Shown: positions 16,599 through 26,300 of the stretch, piece after piece
Position numbering within the stretch: position 1 is the first letter of the stretch
Layout of the letters: the number at the start of each line of letters is the position of its first letter
Assembly: GCA_903871905.1 (NCBI GenBank)
Contig: CAIQIV010000237.1
Coordinates: 1 to 43,995, forward strand
Length of the DNA: 43,995 bases
Direction of reading: 5' to 3'
DNA from: an uncultured Chloroflexota bacterium
GTDB lineage: Bacteria > Chloroflexota > Anaerolineae > Anaerolineales > UBA4823
The notes under the pieces: model-generated
What the model was told of the DNA's origin: nothing
What the model saw: only the letters and a program-made list of their open reading frames with translations
Databases searched by the model: none
Translations under genes and position numbers: made by a program

Positions 16599-17402
16599 TT
16601 AGCCCAGGTCCAGTACGCTGTCCAGGCCGCGGCGTAGCCCGGTAAAGGTATGCACCTGGCGAATGGCCAGCAGCGCCCCGCCCACGTAAGGCTCAGCGCT
16701 GCTGCCCGCGTCATGGCGCAGGGTGAGTTGCTGCCCGGGCAAGCCAAAGATAATCTCCACTGAAATAGTATACCCGGGGAGGCGGATGGAGTGCACCTGC
16801 GAGCCATTGAGACGCGCCCCTCGCGTCTCAACCGGACCCTGTGTCTGCTCAAGCGGCACGGTCAGCTCCGCATGGCGAATCTTTGACAGGCGGGCAGCCA
16901 GTTCGCGCGCAGTCCCACTGGGCGCATCCCGTTTGTCGGCGTGGGCATAGTCAATGATTTCCCATTGGGGCAGGTGCCGGGCTGCCATCTCGGCAAACTT
17001 TTGCAACAGAACCACGGTGAGGGCAAAATTGCCGACCGCCAGCAGGCCGCGCTGCTGCCGATCAGCCTCCTGTGCCAATTCAGCGTAATCGGCGTCGGTC
17101 AATCCTGAGGTGCCGATTACCACCTGGCTGCCGTGCTGCAGCGCCGCCAGGCAGTTTCCCCTGGCCGCATCTGGTTTTGTGTAGTCAAAGAAAACATCGC
17201 AGGGTTGGGACAGCGCCTCCTCAGCCGTGGAAAAAACAGGGCAAGCCAGGCGCGGCTCGTCTAAAATCTCGCCCAAAACGCTTCCTGCATAGGTGCGAGA
17301 CACCGCCGCTGTTAGCTCAATATCCTCCGTTTGGGCAATCCCCCGGGCGAGCGCCGAGCCCGCCCAGCCGGTTGCCCCCGCCAGGCACACACGAATAACC
17401 AT
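16599..17402 (-). CDS. dapB: 4-hydroxy-tetrahydrodipicolinate reductase
   Basis: RVCLAGATGWAG, VIGTSG, HADKRDAPSGTA and HSIRLPG motifs. GGAGGAG RBS before ATG 17402. Confidence 0.92.
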   Translation of the reverse strand: MVIRVCLAGATGWAGSALARGIAQTEDIELTAAVSRTYAGSVLGEILDEPRLACPVFSTAEEALSQPCDVFFDYTKPDAARGNCLAALQHGSQVVIGTSGLTDADYAELAQEADRQQRGLLAVGNFALTVVLLQKFAEMAARHLPQWEIIDYAHADKRDAPSGTARELAARLSKIRHAELTVPLEQTQGPVETRGARLNGSQVHSIRLPGYTISVEIIFGLPGQQLTLRHDAGSSAEPYVGGALLAIRQVHTFTGLRRGLDSVLDLG

Positions 17403-17421
17403 GTCTCCTCCAATTTTAATC

Positions 17422-17450
17422 AAAAAGACGCCCGGGTGGGCGTCTCTCTC
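17422..17450 (-). terminator. Terminator downstream of tRNA-Asn
   Basis: AGACGCCC-N4-GGGCGTCT hairpin followed by TTTT on minus. Confidence 0.65.
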
Positions 17451-17527
17451 TGGCTCCTCGACCAGGACTCGAACCTGGAACCTAGCGGTTAACAGCCGCC
17501 CGCTCTGCCGAATTGAGCTATCGAGGA
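17451..17527 (-). tRNA. tRNA-Asn (GTT)
   Basis: The reverse complement TCCTCGA-TAGCTCAATTCGGCAGAGC-GGGCGG-CTGTTAA-CCGCT-AGGTT-CCAGG-TTCGAGT-CCTGG-TCGAGGA-G-CCA folds as a cloverleaf with anticodon GTT and encoded CCA. Confidence 0.97.
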
Positions 17528-17541
17528 ATTTAGCGCCCCGG

Positions 17542-17570
17542 ATTATAGTCGCAAGGGGTGATCGTGTCAA
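17542..17570 (-). promoter_or_regulatory. Consensus sigma70 promoter of tRNA-Asn
   Basis: Perfect TTGACA-17-TATAAT followed by a GC-rich discriminator (CCGGGGCGC). Confidence 0.9.
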
Positions 17571-17632
17571 GGCGTCGGCACCTCTTTTTTGAACCAATTT
17601 TCAGTGAGATTCCCGTCTGCATCCCGCCTTGC

Positions 17633-17660
17633 TTGACATCCTAAGGATCGGGTGTAAGAT
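17633..17660 (+). promoter_or_regulatory. Putative sigma70 promoter of the Hcy methyltransferase gene
   Basis: TTGACA-16-TAAGAT. Confidence 0.55.
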
Positions 17661-17698
17661 TTATCCAACTTACCCACAAAAAATATAGGATTTCACCC

Positions 17699-18661
17699 AT
17701 GGAAGCTCTCTTGTGCAGCGCCCCCCAGATCTTGATGGAAGGCTCGGTCTACGAGCGGCTGCGCCGCCATCCCGAGATAATCTTCGATCCCTTCATCGCT
17801 CATGCCGGGCTGGTTTATCCCCCGGTGGGATCTGCCCTGCTTGAGGAAGTGCATCGCGAGTACTGGGAAGTGGGTCAGCGCTACCGTCTGCCGATGATCG
17901 CCCTGACCGACACCTGGCGCGCCAGCCAGGAGCGCGTCGAGCGCTCGGGTTTTGCCAGGTTCCCGGTAAACGAGGACAATGTCCGCTTCTTGACCGGGCT
18001 GCGCAGCCGCTTTATGGACAACCGACCACCCCACCCTAGCCCCGTGTTGATCGCCGGGCAGATCGGCCCATACGGCGACGCCTACCGCCCCCTGGAAGCA
18101 CCTGGCCGCCAGCAAGCAGAACGGTTGCACGCATGGCAGGTCGAGGCGCTGGCTGGCAGCGGCGTGGACCTGCTAGCCGCTTGCACCTTGCCCGCTTTTC
18201 CCGAAGCACAGGCCATCGCCGGTTTGTTCTCCCGCACAGGCCTGCCTTACTTTCTGAGCTTTGTCATCCGCCCACAGGGGACGCTGCTGGACGGCACCCT
18301 ATTGTACCAGGCCATCGAAACCATCGACCAGCAGGCCGTTTTTCCGCCCTTTGGCTACTCCATCAACTGCGTCCACCCAGGCGCGATGCTGGAAGGACTG
18401 CGCAACCTGGAGGCAGCCCGTCCTGGCTTGAGCCGGCGCATCGCCGGATTCCAGGCCAACACCTCCCCCAGGAGTCCGGAAGAGTTGGACGGGCTGGTCG
18501 AGTTGGAGAGTGAGGCCCCCGCGACGCTGGCTGCCCAGATGCTCCAGGTGCAGCAGCAGTATGGCGTGCGTATCCTGGGCGGCTGCTGCGGCTGCGGGAC
18601 GCAGCACATCGAGCACCTGGCCCGCTGTATGACCTCCGGCTGCAAACCGCGGGATGAGTAG
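17699..18661 (+). CDS. Homocysteine S-methyltransferase family protein
   Basis: IAGQIGPYGDAY, GVDLL, INCVHP and ILGGCCG Zn-binding motifs. Confidence 0.88.
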   Translation: MEALLCSAPQILMEGSVYERLRRHPEIIFDPFIAHAGLVYPPVGSALLEEVHREYWEVGQRYRLPMIALTDTWRASQERVERSGFARFPVNEDNVRFLTGLRSRFMDNRPPHPSPVLIAGQIGPYGDAYRPLEAPGRQQAERLHAWQVEALAGSGVDLLAACTLPAFPEAQAIAGLFSRTGLPYFLSFVIRPQGTLLDGTLLYQAIETIDQQAVFPPFGYSINCVHPGAMLEGLRNLEAARPGLSRRIAGFQANTSPRSPEELDGLVELESEAPATLAAQMLQVQQQYGVRILGGCCGCGTQHIEHLARCMTSGCKPRDE

Positions 18662-18738
18662 ACGCCTGGATCTCATTCAGCATGACAGTTCACTTCCCTA
18701 TCCGCCTCAAGATCTTGCGGCTTTTCCCGATAATTGGT

Positions 18739-18768
18739 TTGACTGATCATTGCCGGAAAAGGTATAAT
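18739..18768 (+). promoter_or_regulatory. Putative sigma70 promoter of the signalling operon
   Basis: TTGACT-18-TATAAT about 55 nt upstream of the DUF4388 gene. Confidence 0.65.
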
Positions 18769-18821
18769 CTCAATACTTTATTCAGCCTCTTTCCATCCCA
18801 CCTGACCTTTGAGGCTTGCCC

Positions 18822-19664
18822 ATGCCGCTGAAAGGCGATTTACGCGATTTCTCAACCTCACAGCTGCTCAATTTGATCAGCGTGGCCCGCAAAACAGGGA
18901 CGCTGATCGTTGAGTCCCATTCTGACAGCTACCTGGTCTGCTTCCGAGAGGGAAAACTGGCTTATGCCCAGGCAGGCAGGTCAGATAACGGGCTGGCGGC
19001 TGTGCTGGCGCAGGCCAAGAAGATCACGCCTGCCCAATACAAGACGCTTCACGAAAAAGCTGCCGGGATGAGTGATAAAGAGCTGGGGCTGCTGTTGATC
19101 AACGCCAATTACATCACCCAGCAGGATATCCTCACCAGCCTGCAGAACTACTTCATCAGCATCATCCACAAGTTGTTTGACCTGCCAGAAGGCGCCTTCC
19201 GTTTTGAGGGGGGGCTGCAGCCGCCGGAAAGCAAAATCACCCTGCGCATCAACCTGGAAAATCTGATTATCGAAGGCACGCGCCGCCAGCGCGAGCTGGA
19301 GCACCTGCAGGATGAGCTGCCCAGCCTGGACGTGGCCCTGAAATTTAGTGAGCGCCCGGGCGCAAATATTCAAGAGCTGCACTTGAGCCAGGATGAGTGG
19401 CGGGTGGTGCGCTTTGTCAGCCCGAAGAACACCCTGCGCCAGATCGCTGCTGCGGCGGGGCTGAACGAACTGCAGCTGCGGCGCATCGTCTTCAGCCTGC
19501 TGCAAGCCGGGGTGGTCGAGATCATCCGCCTGCCGGCGTCCGGATCACAGGGCAGCGGCTCTATGCCAGCCGATTCACCTGAGCCAGCCCAAAAGGCCGC
19601 CAGGAATCCGGCCGAGCAGCGCTCGCTGATCAACCGCCTGATCAACCGTATCCGCTCACTGTAG
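18822..19664 (+). CDS. DUF4388 (PatA-N-like) domain protein with C-terminal wHTH-like region
   Basis: LKGDLRDFSTSQLLNLI...KTGTL...FREGKLAYA, ELGLLL, EGAFRF and LSQDEWRV...L..AGVVE patterns. Confidence 0.8.
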   Translation: MPLKGDLRDFSTSQLLNLISVARKTGTLIVESHSDSYLVCFREGKLAYAQAGRSDNGLAAVLAQAKKITPAQYKTLHEKAAGMSDKELGLLLINANYITQQDILTSLQNYFISIIHKLFDLPEGAFRFEGGLQPPESKITLRINLENLIIEGTRRQRELEHLQDELPSLDVALKFSERPGANIQELHLSQDEWRVVRFVSPKNTLRQIAAAAGLNELQLRRIVFSLLQAGVVEIIRLPASGSQGSGSMPADSPEPAQKAARNPAEQRSLINRLINRIRSL

Positions 19665-19685
19665 CACCAGGAGACTGCCAGGACC

Positions 19686-20324
19686 ATGGCCAATCCGAAA
19701 CACCCCCTGCCTCGAGATCCGAAGGGCGAAACTCCAAAACACAGCCCTGAGCCTGTCCAAGGACAGAAGAGCGCGGTACAAACCGTCAAAATGGTGGTCA
19801 CCGGGCCGTTTAATGCCGGGAAGACCGAATTTATCCGCTCGGTGAGTGAGATCGATGTGGTCTCCACGGAACGCAAGATTTCTTCCTCCACCGAGCGATC
19901 CGCAGTCACCAAGGAGTCGACCACCGTGGCCATGGACTTCGGACGTATCACAGTAGACGATGACCTGGTGCTCTATCTGTTCGGCACACCTGGCCAGAAA
20001 CGCTTCGAATTCATGTGGGAGATCCTTTCCGAAGGCATGTTGGGCTTTATTGTGATGGTCGACAGCACGCGCCCCGAGACTTTCCGCGAGGCGCGCAGCA
20101 TCCTGGAGACATTCCGCGCTTACGCCCCCACACCCTACGTGGTGGCAGCCAACAAACAGGACATGCCCGATGCCTGGGAAATTGAGGATATGCGCATCGC
20201 CCTACGCCTGGATGACCAGGTAAAGATGATGCCATGCTCTGCCACCAACAAAGAGACGGTTAAGAATGTCCTTTTGGAGCTGCTGTACTCCATCCTGGCA
20301 GAAATGGAAGAGAGCGGGGACTAG
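19686..20324 (+). CDS. Small GTPase, MglA/CvnD-like (ATP/GTP-binding protein)
   Basis: GPFNAGKT (G1), TTVAMDFG (G2), LFGTPGQKRF (G3), NKQD (G4) and CSA (G5). Confidence 0.9.
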   Translation: MANPKHPLPRDPKGETPKHSPEPVQGQKSAVQTVKMVVTGPFNAGKTEFIRSVSEIDVVSTERKISSSTERSAVTKESTTVAMDFGRITVDDDLVLYLFGTPGQKRFEFMWEILSEGMLGFIVMVDSTRPETFREARSILETFRAYAPTPYVVAANKQDMPDAWEIEDMRIALRLDDQVKMMPCSATNKETVKNVLLELLYSILAEMEESGD

Positions 20325-21109
20325 TGTCTTCGATCACCACGGACCAGGGGATCTTGCACTATGAAGTGTTCGGCCGCGGCCGTCCGGTGATCCTGCTGCA
20401 CGGCTGGCTCGGTTCGTGGGGGCTGTGGCAGGAGACGATGACCGACCTGGGCCGCTATTACCGCACCTATGCCCTGGATTTCTGGGGTTTTGGTGAATCG
20501 GGGCGCAAACGCGATACCTACGTTGTCCAGGATTTTGTCAGCCTGGTGGACCAGTTCATGGAGGCGCTGGGGATTGCTCAGGCGCCGTTGGTGGGGCACT
20601 CTATGGGCGGCACAGTCAGCCTGTCTGTAGCAATCCAGCACCCGGAACGGGTGCGCAAGGTGGTGGTGATTGGCTCGCCGATCACCGGGTCGTCGCTTTC
20701 CCTGCTGCTCAAGCTGTTTGGCGTGCACCCTATTGCCTGGGTGGTCTACCACAACCTGTGGGGTCTGAAGCTCGGCTTCCGCATCCTGGCCCCCTGGTAC
20801 TCGCGCGACCCGCGCTGGGCAGCCATGATGAACCGCGATCTGGAGCGCACCACCCTGGAGTCTTTCCTGATGAGTATTGCCTCGCTGCGCCTGACCGACC
20901 TGCGCCCGCTGCTGAACCAGGTGCATGTGCCAGTGATGGGCATGTACGGTCATAAGGACGTGGTGGTGGACCCCAACCAGTGGCAGCCCATCCAGGCAGG
21001 CATCCCGGGGGCGCGCATCGAGCGCTTCCCCGATTCGGGGCACTTCATCATGCTGGATGAACCAGAGCGCTTCCGGGGGGTGCTCAAAAATTTTCTCGAT
21101 CAGGATTAG
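20324..21109 (+). CDS. Alpha/beta hydrolase (intact triad)
   Basis: LLHGW, GHSMGG nucleophile elbow, KDVVV and SGHF motifs. The GTG start overlaps the GTPase stop. Confidence 0.9.
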   Translation: MSSITTDQGILHYEVFGRGRPVILLHGWLGSWGLWQETMTDLGRYYRTYALDFWGFGESGRKRDTYVVQDFVSLVDQFMEALGIAQAPLVGHSMGGTVSLSVAIQHPERVRKVVVIGSPITGSSLSLLLKLFGVHPIAWVVYHNLWGLKLGFRILAPWYSRDPRWAAMMNRDLERTTLESFLMSIASLRLTDLRPLLNQVHVPVMGMYGHKDVVVDPNQWQPIQAGIPGARIERFPDSGHFIMLDEPERFRGVLKNFLDQD

Positions 21110-21118
21110 CCAGACGCC

Positions 21119-22396
21119 ATGCTTAAAATTATCCTACAGGACCCACGCAGCCTGCGCCCATTCAACGAGCGGGCGCGCGACCTGAGGGTGATGAATAAGC
21201 CGCTGTGGCTGGCGCAGCGTGATGTGCTGGCGCCATACACCACCCGCGAGTTGGAGCTGCCGGCTGGCGCTCCGCTGCCCGAGGTACAGGAAGAGTGCCT
21301 GGTCTATCGTGACAACCTGTATTTTGACGACGCCTACATGCAGGCCTTCCTGGATGCCGCACGGCGCAGCTCCCACCCCAGTCAGGCGGCTTTTGCCGCC
21401 GACGACCCGCCCTTTCGCGAACATGCCCTGCCCCTCTCCACCTCCTACACCCAACAGGGAGATATTTACCTGGCCGAGCTGTGGTACTTCCCGCACGGCA
21501 CCGGTGAAGCATCCCACCCCCTGGTCATCCCGCTCAATTCGATCGAGGCAGGTTACTACCACGTGCCCACCTACATGGCATATGAGCAGGGTGACCTGGT
21601 CTTCCAGGTACCGCTGCGCAGCATGCTGGCAATTGACACCTGGGTGCATATCTTCATCGCCGACGTGGTCTACGGTTTGTTCAGCCGCGGGGCACGCTTC
21701 GAGGACAGGCTGAAAACCGATCCATTTTTCAAGCTGCGCGTGCTCGCCCGGGCAATGTATGAGGGCAGGCAGGTACTGGAATGCTCGGAGCTGGTCAAGA
21801 TCGGCCGCAACTGCGTGATCGACCCGCATGCCGTGATCCACGGGCCAACAACTATCGGTAACAATGTAACCATCAACGCCGGTGCGGTCATCGAAAACTG
21901 CGTCATCGGCGACAACGTCAATGTCTCCCAGGGCTGCCAGCTGATGCTCTCCGTGGTCGGCGATGGCACCTTCCTGCCCTTCCGCGCCTCACTGTTTATG
22001 ACCACCTTCATGGACAACAGCATGGTAGCCCAAAACACCTGCCTGCAGATGTGTGTGGTGGGGCGCAGCACCTTTATCGGCGCGGGATCAACTTTCACCG
22101 ATTACAACTTGCTGCCTTCACCCATCCGTGCCCTGGACGGCGAGGGCAATCTGCGCCTCGCCAATCGCCCGGTGCTGGGCGGCTGCGTTGGGCACAACTG
22201 CCGTCTGGGCGCCGGGATGATCATCTTCCCGGCCCGTACAATCGAATCCGATGTGGTGATCTTTGCCTCTCAGGAGCGGCGGGTGATTGACCGCGACCTG
22301 CGCTTCGAGGACAGCGACCACCAGAAATTGAGCTTTCACCACTTGCATCCCCGCCTGTACCCACGCCCGGGAGAGAAAGTTGAGGAGACATGGTAG
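21119..22396 (+). CDS. Left-handed beta-helix (hexapeptide repeat) protein, GlmU/nucleotidyltransferase-like
   Basis: IGRNCVIDPHAVIHGPTTIGNNVTINAGAVIENCVIGDNV repeats. The N-terminus resembles a degenerate NTP-transferase. Confidence 0.75.
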   Translation: MLKIILQDPRSLRPFNERARDLRVMNKPLWLAQRDVLAPYTTRELELPAGAPLPEVQEECLVYRDNLYFDDAYMQAFLDAARRSSHPSQAAFAADDPPFREHALPLSTSYTQQGDIYLAELWYFPHGTGEASHPLVIPLNSIEAGYYHVPTYMAYEQGDLVFQVPLRSMLAIDTWVHIFIADVVYGLFSRGARFEDRLKTDPFFKLRVLARAMYEGRQVLECSELVKIGRNCVIDPHAVIHGPTTIGNNVTINAGAVIENCVIGDNVNVSQGCQLMLSVVGDGTFLPFRASLFMTTFMDNSMVAQNTCLQMCVVGRSTFIGAGSTFTDYNLLPSPIRALDGEGNLRLANRPVLGGCVGHNCRLGAGMIIFPARTIESDVVIFASQERRVIDRDLRFEDSDHQKLSFHHLHPRLYPRPGEKVEETW

Positions 22397-22450
22397 AATG
22401 GACTGAACGATCCGTTGTACCAGTAAACGCTTTATTGGAGGGAGGCACCC

Positions 22451-23353
22451 ATGGGTAAACCCAGACTGCTCATCGTGGAAGACGACTTCGACATTGCCAA
22501 CATGCTGCGTATCTATTTCACCGGTCAAAAATATGACGTAGACCTGGCGCCGCGCGGCGGCGATGCCCTGGAGAAAACGCGCCACAACCTGCCGCACCTG
22601 ATCGTGCTGGATATTATGCTGCCAGATATCGACGGGTTTGAAGTCTGTCGCATCCTGCGCACCAACACGCGCACCAGCCACGTGCCGATCATCTTCTTGA
22701 CCCAGAAGGATGAGCGTAGTGATAAGCTGCAGGGGCTGGAGTTGGGCGCCGACGATTACATCACCAAGCCTTTTGACATCGACGAGCTCAAGCTGCGCGT
22801 GCAGCGAGCCATTGTGCGCGCCGAGCAGCAGAGTCTGACCGATCCTCGCTCTGGATTGCCCGCCGGGCGCCTGATTGAAGACCAGCTGCGGCGCATTATC
22901 CGCCTGAAGGACTGGGCCTTGATGGATATCCGCCTGAACCACTTTGAGCCTTTCAAAGAGACCTATGGCTTTGTGGCTGCAGATGACGTAGTACGCTTCA
23001 CCGCCATGCTGCTGGGAGAGGTCGTGGACGAGCGAGGATCAACCCAGGATTTCATTGGCCACGCCGGCGGCGATAACTTCATTGTCATTACCAGCGAGAC
23101 GGCCGCCCCAGGTATCACCGCCCGTCTCAAGGAGCGTTTCAGCCAGGAGGTGCTCTCCCACTACAGCTTCATTGACCGCCAGCAGGGTTTTGTGCTCGCC
23201 AGTGGTCCAGGAGGCCAGCCGGTAGAGGCGCATCTGATGAGCATGGCAATTGGCGTGGTTTCTCCCTCGCAGCACGATTTTGCCGATATTCGCGAGATCA
23301 CCGAGCTGGCCGCTGAGGCGCGCCGCCAGCAATCTGCCGGCTCTCCTGCCTGA
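22451..23353 (+). CDS. Response regulator with degenerate GGDEF domain
   Basis: REC domain (VEDD, LDIMLP, TKPF) followed by DPRSGLP...HAGGDNF. Confidence 0.88.
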   Translation: MGKPRLLIVEDDFDIANMLRIYFTGQKYDVDLAPRGGDALEKTRHNLPHLIVLDIMLPDIDGFEVCRILRTNTRTSHVPIIFLTQKDERSDKLQGLELGADDYITKPFDIDELKLRVQRAIVRAEQQSLTDPRSGLPAGRLIEDQLRRIIRLKDWALMDIRLNHFEPFKETYGFVAADDVVRFTAMLLGEVVDERGSTQDFIGHAGGDNFIVITSETAAPGITARLKERFSQEVLSHYSFIDRQQGFVLASGPGGQPVEAHLMSMAIGVVSPSQHDFADIREITELAAEARRQQSAGSPA

Positions 23354-23356
23354 GCC

Positions 23357-26300
23357 ATGAACATTGTTTCCCTGGGGATCATCCTGGCGCTGGTGGGGGC
23401 AGGCGCCGCCGCGCTGATTTTTGTATTGGCGCGCCGATCTGCGCAGCGTCCGTCGGATGTCCCGCTGCCCGCTGCCCGAGATGATCTTGCCACCCTGGCA
23501 AGCCACCAGCCTGCTTCTGCTGCCTGGCAGCCCGGCCAGGACTTTCCCCACGAAAGCGAAACTTTCTCCACCTCGCCCGACCAGGCTGTGCTGGTGATCC
23601 TTCCCGGCGGGACGGTGGGGCATCTTAACCAGACCGCGCGACAGTGGTTCAATATCCGGCAGACGCCGCCTAACCTGGAGTGGATTGCCCGCCGTCTGCA
23701 GCCAGAGGGCAGTTTTCTTGAACTGTGCCTGAAAGAGAGCCGGAGGCGACTGCAGTTAGATGGCGCTTACCTGGACGCATCCTCCTGCCGCATCCCATCC
23801 AACGGATCCCCCCCGCCGATGCTGGTCATCCTGCACCGCCTGGAGTGGGGCGAGACGGAGGAACAAATCTATGGGCAACCTGAGATCACAGGCGGTTCCG
23901 CCACAACCGCCTTTGAGTTATATGCTTCCTACTGCCAGGTAGCCAGCCTGTCCCTGGATCTGGAACAGGCGCTGGTTGCCATTCTTGAAGGAATCGAACG
24001 CTTGCTCCCAGCGGACCTGATCCAGGTCACGGTTTGGGACGCGAACACCCGCTGCCTGGCGCCCTACCGCCTGTTAGGGCTGCCAGGTGAAAAGCGCAGC
24101 CTGGAACCCCTGCCCGAGCTGCGCGGTGAAAACCTGGGATATTCAGCAGCGCTGATCCAGGAGCGCATGCCTGTTCGCCTCTCACTGCACAATCCCCTGC
24201 AGGAAGATCAACAAGCACGGCGTGGAATGGCTGCAGCAGAGCGGGCAGGGTCGATCTCACCTGCCATCTTCGCCTCCTTCCTGGGGGCGCCGCTGTTAGC
24301 CGGCGGACAATTCGTGGGGACCATTGAAGCTGCATCTCGTTCCCCCTCCAGCTTTACTCAGGATGACGAGCGCTTGATCGCCTGGCTGGCTGCGCCAGCC
24401 GCCACTGCTGTACAGCGCGCCGAGCACTACCGTACTGCCACGCAGGAGCAGCTGCTGACCAGGCTGGCGGAGTTGTCCGAGGCTGCCCAGGCTGCCAGTG
24501 ATACCCGCCGGCTGCTTGGCCTGATATTGGAGTATATCCGGCCGCTGGCGCCCGCAGAGATTAACGGTATCTTGCTGTACGATGAACACCGGCAGATGTT
24601 GGTTGGCAAGGAACCCTTTGCCGGCATCCCCCTTTACACACTGGAATGGTGTCGTGCCTTCCTGGCACCGGGCAGCCCGGCTGAAGCGATCTGGCTGCAA
24701 GGCCAGACGATCGTCTCAAATAATGCTCCTGAAGATCCTGCCTGGCAGGCGCTTGGCCTGCACAACCTGGCGCAAGCTGCCGGTATCCAACAGGCTATCC
24801 TGGCGCCGCTGCGCGCCCTGGGAAAACGCCTGGGCTATCTGCTGTTGGCCAAGCCCAAGCGAGGTAACTTTGAGCCGGCTGAAATCCAGCTGCTCGAAGC
24901 AGCGGTTGCCCGAGCCAGCGGCCTGGTGCTTCGCCACCAGGAGGAAAAACAGGCACAGTACCAGGCACAGGTCGATCAAGCCCTGCATCACCTGGCCCGC
25001 CTGGCCTGGGATCCGGTCAACCGGGATGAAATCCTGGTCACTGCACTAAGGGAGCTGGTCGCTCTGCTGGACGCTTCCTGCGCCGCAGCATTCCTGGTTC
25101 AGGGAGGCGCCCGGCTGCAGCCGCACCTGCCCTCGCTGATAGGGTTCGGCTCAAGCCCGGAGACACAGCCAGCCGCTATCCAGACCGATACCCCGGAATA
25201 CGCCCAAACCGCTGCAGCCACTGGCATCCCCATCCTGGCTGACCTGGGCAGGGAAGATGAAGAAATGGGACAGCCTGCGGTGACAGACCTGCGCCAGGCT
25301 CCCCTGCCTTACCGCCACCTGTCCGAAAAATACGGCATCGCCAGCGCCCTCATCCTGCCTATTGGAAACGGCAGCAGCTTTCGGGGGGAAATGCTGCTGG
25401 GTTCCCCTCATTCTGGCTATTTTACCCCCAGCGACTTGCAGATCGCCGGGCTGGCTGCGAATTTCTTGAGCGGCGCCCTGGAGCAGGCGCAGCAGCGTGA
25501 AAGCGCCGCTCCTTACCTGGGACAGCAGGTATCCCGCACCACCGCCCTGCTGCGCGCCAGCCGCGAGATTGGCCGCTGGATGGAATTCCCAGGGCTGCTG
25601 CACAGCCTGCATGACCAGGCGCTGCGTCTAAGCGGAGCTGACTGCGGCACGGTGGTCTTTTTTGATCCACAGACCTCCCGCCCGGGCATGCCGGCTATCT
25701 CCGGCTTTCATGGCGACCCTCCAGGAGAACAACTCAGCAGTCTGGAGCTGTCCGCGCTCCCCCAGCCGGATGGTGTGCTCCAGGACGATCCGGATCCCAC
25801 CCCGCATCCTGGCGTGCATGCCTCCCTGCTTGTCCCCATCAACTTCCAGGATAAACTGGTCGGGCTGATCCACGTTCATGCCATTGCCCGGAGCCGCTTC
25901 TCTGGACCCAGCCAGGAGAGCCTCCAGATCCTGGCGCAGCAAGCTGGCGCCGCCTGGGACAATGCACGCCGTTACCAGGAGCTGCAGCAGCGCAGCCAGG
26001 TGCTGACTGAGCGCCTGGGAACCCTGGCTCATCTCTTCGAAACCTCCCGCCTGTTGGAGGTGGATCAGCCGCTGGAAGAGTTGTTAGCCGCCATTGCCTC
26101 CGCCATCCAGGCTGCCACTCCCTTTGAATCAGTTTTGATCAGTGTCTACCAGGCAGAAAGCAACTCGCTTAAGCGACTGGCGGGGGCGGGCATCCCCACC
26201 TCCTTGATGCGTGATCTGCAAGCCGTTGCCCAGCCGTGGCCGGCTGTCCTGGACCTGCTGCAGGCTGAATTTCGCGTCGGACGAGCCTATTTTATACCGG

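Noticed and set aside
17451-17527. tRNA-Asn as integration site of a genomic island
   Set aside because: No integrase was found and no duplicated tRNA 3' end was noticed in the window; the flanks are housekeeping genes.
17403-17597. dapB N-terminal extension in the ORF track
   Set aside because: It runs through tRNA-Asn and its promoter; the true start has a strong RBS at 17402.
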